Shown here: positions 55,133 to 57,407 of the stretch, in pieces
Numbering within the stretch: position 1 is the first letter of the stretch
How the letters are laid out: each line of letters begins with the position of its first letter
Assembly: GCA_048634875.1 (NCBI GenBank)
Contig: JAIVZN010000002.1
Span: 1-57,407 of the forward strand
Reading direction: 5' to 3'
Origin: Deltaproteobacteria bacterium
GTDB lineage: Bacteria > CG03 > SLGR01 > JBDRKX01
Length of the DNA: 57,407 nucleotides
Translations under genes and position numbers: made by a program
The notes under the pieces: model-generated
What the model saw: the letters and a program-made list of their open reading frames with translations, nothing else
What the model was told of the DNA's origin: nothing
Database searches by the model: none

Positions 55133-55634
55133 TTAATTGATTATCTTTAAATCCATTATCTTCTGGCGCAGTGTTAAATACAACAGACGCTGTAGCGGCA
55201 AAGCTTGTTTTTTTATCTATCTTCATTATTTTTACATTCTCCAATTTAAGTGAGTCCAACACAAGTTCAGTTATATCTGAAAGTTCGCCAGATCCTAATA
55301 TTATGAAATTTCTTCTTCCACTGGTGTATTTTTCAAAAGCAAAATCCGTAATTTTTCCCTTTAACCTGTTTATAACAGAAAAACTTCTTTTCATAAACTT
55401 ATAAGACTTATGCGCTTTCTCTCTTAATCCCCGTGGAGTAATAATATACTTCATTTTTTTTGCATTCAAACAACTGACTTTTATATATCCCTCTTTAATA
55501 AGACGGTTAACTAATATGTTGGTAAGTCCAAGAGACCGTCCAATATCTCTTGCAATATCTCTTTGAGATATATGCGGGTTTTTGTAAATACTATCTATTA
55601 CTTTTAATTCTTTTGAATTTATATTATTGTTCAT
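55083..55634 (-). CDS. Winged-helix (MarR-like) regulator with a C-terminal Rossmann-like domain
   Basis: The N-terminal region ISQRDIARDIGRSLGLTNILVNRLIKEGYI fits an HTH. It sits at the head of the sugar-nucleotide gene pair. Confidence 0.5.
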   Translation of the reverse strand: MNNNINSKELKVIDSIYKNPHISQRDIARDIGRSLGLTNILVNRLIKEGYIKVSCLNAKKMKYIITPRGLREKAHKSYKFMKRSFSVINRLKGKITDFAFEKYTSGRRNFIILGSGELSDITELVLDSLKLENVKIMKIDKKTSFAATASVVFNTAPEDNGFKDNQLNVWREAEKLYGSSYEI

Positions 55635-55644
55635 TTTTTGAACA

Positions 55645-55673
55645 ATAATATGAAATTATTCTTCTTATGTCAA
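55645..55673 (-). promoter_or_regulatory. Candidate promoter of the wHTH gene (short or absent leader)
   Basis: The minus strand reads TTGACA (55668-73), a 17-nt spacer, then TATTAT (55645-50). The ATG lies 10 nt after the -10, and no SD is present. Two further TTGAC(A/G) repeats lie upstream. Confidence 0.4.
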
Positions 55674-55779
55674 GTTGTTGCGTCAATTTGCTGTCAATGA
55701 AGTCTTGCCCGCGCCTCCCTTTCCACTGCTTTCATTTCTGCGTTCCCAATACAACAAAACTCCTCACCTGTTTCATCCC

Positions 55780-56217
55780 TTAATCCACTTTTTTCTGTTC
55801 TCCCCTGTCCTCTCTCCCGCCGCTGTATTCTTTACCTTCTATAACAGCATCTGTTCTGTCAATGCCATACCCTTTTTCTTTGCCTTCTCCGGGTTTGCAC
55901 AGGCTTTCTCCACCCTTGAGCGTTCCATTAAGAATCCTGCTTACCACATCATCTATACTTCCTGATATTCCAAGCATAGCTTTTATACCTGACTCGCTAA
56001 AAAGACCCTGAGCCCGCATTCCCATTCCACCAGCAATAATATATTCCACTCCTTTTCCTCCTAAAAACTCAGGCAAATACCCGGGATGATGTCCAGGATT
56101 CTCAACAACCTCTTTGCCCGCCAATTTATCTCCGTCAACTTCCACGATTGTAAAAAGCGGACATCTCCCAAAATGAGCAGAAACTTCATTGCCGTCAGTT
56201 GAAATTGCAATTTTCAT
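55780..56217 (-). CDS. NifB/NifX-family (dinitrogenase FeMo-cofactor-binding fold) protein
   Basis: MKIAISTDGNEVSAHFGRCPLFTIVEV...GVEYIIAGGMGMRAQGLF..SGIK matches the family pattern. Confidence 0.8.
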   Translation of the reverse strand: MKIAISTDGNEVSAHFGRCPLFTIVEVDGDKLAGKEVVENPGHHPGYLPEFLGGKGVEYIIAGGMGMRAQGLFSESGIKAMLGISGSIDDVVSRILNGTLKGGESLCKPGEGKEKGYGIDRTDAVIEGKEYSGGREDRGEQKKVD

Positions 56218-56451
56218 AAAAACCTCCTATTCCCATTTAACGTATTGTCAAAAACTTTAGCCAAAATTTTTGGCATTTCCTATCCTAAATCTTTACCCCG
56301 GCCCGTTACAACGGGCTGTCCTCTGGATAAATTTTTCTATTGAAAAATTTAGGTTAAATTCGCATATAAGCATATCAACTGCCTTTGTTCCTAAATATAT
56401 ACAACAGGAGGCAGCTTTTTGTCAACTGCCTCCTGTTAGTTCATCCTGCTT

Positions 56452-56835
56452 TTATTTATCTTTAGCAGCCACCTTTTCAAGAGTCTTTATGCGTTCCTGA
56501 ATTTCATCCAGTTCCTGTTTGAGATATTCGCTCTCTTTTTTGAGAGCTTCTGCTTCCTGCTCGGGAGCCATCTCTACCGGACCATAATACGGCACCGCGC
56601 CTCCCCATGCAGGCAATCCGCTTGCTGCCCTTGCCCATCCGGGCTGACCGGTTGCGTAATACCAGTTTCTCCGACCGCGACCGCCACCACGGCCGCCACT
56701 TGCACCGCGACCAACAAATCCTCTCCCGGGGATCTGATTCATATATCCGGGTACTGGATAACCAGCGCAATATCCTACTGCTCTTCCTGTCATTGGCCCC
56801 ATACCTCCAGGACCTGTTCCGTCTCCTCTTGGCAT
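56452..56835 (-). CDS. DUF5320-family protein (Gly/Pro/Arg-rich N-terminus, C-terminal coiled coil)
   Basis: The N-terminus is MPRGDGTGPGGMGPMTGRAVGYCAGY.... The start was trimmed to this Met, behind a GAGGAGGTG RBS. Confidence 0.75.
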   Translation of the reverse strand: MPRGDGTGPGGMGPMTGRAVGYCAGYPVPGYMNQIPGRGFVGRGASGGRGGGRGRRNWYYATGQPGWARAASGLPAWGGAVPYYGPVEMAPEQEAEALKKESEYLKQELDEIQERIKTLEKVAAKDK

Positions 56836-56899
56836 CTTAATCACCTCCTCTCTTTTTTATCTATTTACCCTGTTAGTATTATATATCCCCTCCATATTA

Positions 56900-56928
56900 A
56901 TGATACTAATTATCATTATCATTGTCAA
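56900..56928 (-). promoter_or_regulatory. Candidate promoter of the DUF5320/NifX-like operon
   Basis: The minus strand reads TTGACA (56923-28), a 17-nt spacer, then TATCAT (56900-05). Confidence 0.4.
56902..56920 (-). promoter_or_regulatory. Fur-box-like operator
   Basis: The minus strand reads GATAATGATAATTAGTATC, which matches 17 of 19 positions of the classical GATAATGATAATCATTATC. It lies between -35 and -10. Confidence 0.4.
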
Positions 56929-57131
56929 GTTTTTAGGACATATATAACCTTTAAAAAAAGAAATTTCAGAGGATACTTTAAGAAAGATGTGCGGGAAGAG
57001 AGTGCGAAGCACTCAAAAAAAATTTTCCAAAAATGTGGAAAACTCTGTATGGTGGCACCAACTTCTGTTAGAACGAACTTATTTTGAACAACTTGTTGCA
57101 TAATCTCCTTGTTTAAAATTAACTACTATAT

Positions 57132-57407
57132 TTATGAAAATATTTCCTTTGTGAAACACCAGTCATATCCATAAGCTTTTTTGCGATATCCATATCCTGT
57201 TGTACATGGTTTGCGTAAACAAACGGCACTAATTGATGAAACACAATTCATATTTTTAGCTTTACCATTTTCTACTAGCCACTTTGCTGCTGCATGCTGA
57301 CTTGGAAATACTCTTAAAATTTCCCCCGACTGTAAATCTATCATACAAACTTCTTTACTTGTTTTCGCTGCGGCAGCTTTAGCTCTTTTTTGTGCATTGG
57401 CTTGCGC
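57132..57407 (-). CDS. Partial ORF (5' end outside the window) with a phage/homing-endonuclease-type C-terminal DNA-binding module
   Basis: The frame stays open to the window edge (AQANAQKRAKAAAAKTSKEVC precedes the track Met). The segment IDLQSGEILRVFPSQHAAAKWL...ISAVCLRK..TTGYGY fits the v.D..tGe....F.S...AA...g....I...c.......GY pattern of NUMOD/IENR-like modules. Confidence 0.4.
   Translation of the reverse strand, partial: AQANAQKRAKAAAAKTSKEVCMIDLQSGEILRVFPSQHAAAKWLVENGKAKNMNCVSSISAVCLRKPCTTGYGYRKKAYGYDWCFTKEIFS

Noticed and set aside
56403-56437. Perfect 12-bp stem (AACAGGAGGCAG...CTGCCTCCTGTT) between the DUF5320 and NifX-like genes as an intrinsic terminator
   Set aside because: No U-tract follows on either strand. 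It may be an RNA stability or processing hairpin, but it is not called a terminator.
56925-57101. 58-aa minus-strand ORF (MQQVVQNKFVLTEVGATIQSF...) behind an AAGGAG
   Set aside because: The SD-to-ATG spacing is only 3 nt, the ORF runs through the predicted DUF5320 promoter, and the sequence is hydrophobic and low in complexity with no motif.
1-57407. tRNA, rRNA, tmRNA, RNase P, riboswitches and a dif site (given that xerD and ftsK are present)
   Set aside because: Visual inspection found no cloverleaf-capable segment, rRNA-like stretch or XerCD-type 28-bp site. This is not excluded, since tRNAscan-SE, Infernal or a dif PWM would be needed.

Overview
This is a 57.4-kb AT-rich window from what looks like an uncultivated bacterium. 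Strong GGAGG ribosome-binding sites, a PorV-family barrel and a T9SS-type C-terminal sorting domain hint at an FCB-like lineage, but taxonomy cannot be settled from this sequence. Most of the window is housekeeping core with classical synteny. On the minus strand: rimP-nusA-infB-[DUF503]-rbfA-nrnA-truB-ribF, rpsO-pnp, accB, ftsK-lolA-like, rodZ-pgsA-pgpA, recA and xerD. On the plus strand: rplM-rpsI, sppA, argC-argJ, tsaC-LMW phosphatase-glyA-upp and wecA-wecB. These are followed by a nucleotide-sugar dehydrogenase/epimerase pair and a DUF5320/NifX-like pair. Accessory content sits at the edges. The left edge holds an intact integron integrase divergent from a TIR-domain gene (cut by the window edge), followed by a decaying Xre-RES toxin-antitoxin module. 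The right edge holds a partial phage/homing-endonuclease-like DNA-binding ORF. A five-gene envelope/signalling block occupies about 3.1-14 kb: CHASE2 cyclase, FecR, OM barrel, a 1613-aa CTD-sorted surface protein and PorV. The most unusual property is the intergenic architecture, because nearly every spacer is filled by members of several repeat families. These are a ~190-nt long-hairpin element (4 copies, compensatory changes, orientation locked to transcription), hairpins built from degenerate 7-8-nt tandem units, C5/G5 hairpins, and short GC-rich palindromes that also occur in-frame inside ftsK and nrnA. Three frame-disrupting lesions are visible: a 32-bp tandem duplication in the antitoxin, a 1-nt frameshift in DUF503, and a 7-nt repeat unit separating a 71-aa ORF from ftsK. 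No rRNA, tRNA or CRISPR array was recognised. CDS coordinates follow the ORF track, with some starts trimmed by hand. Hand-called non-CDS coordinates are approximate (+/-2 nt).
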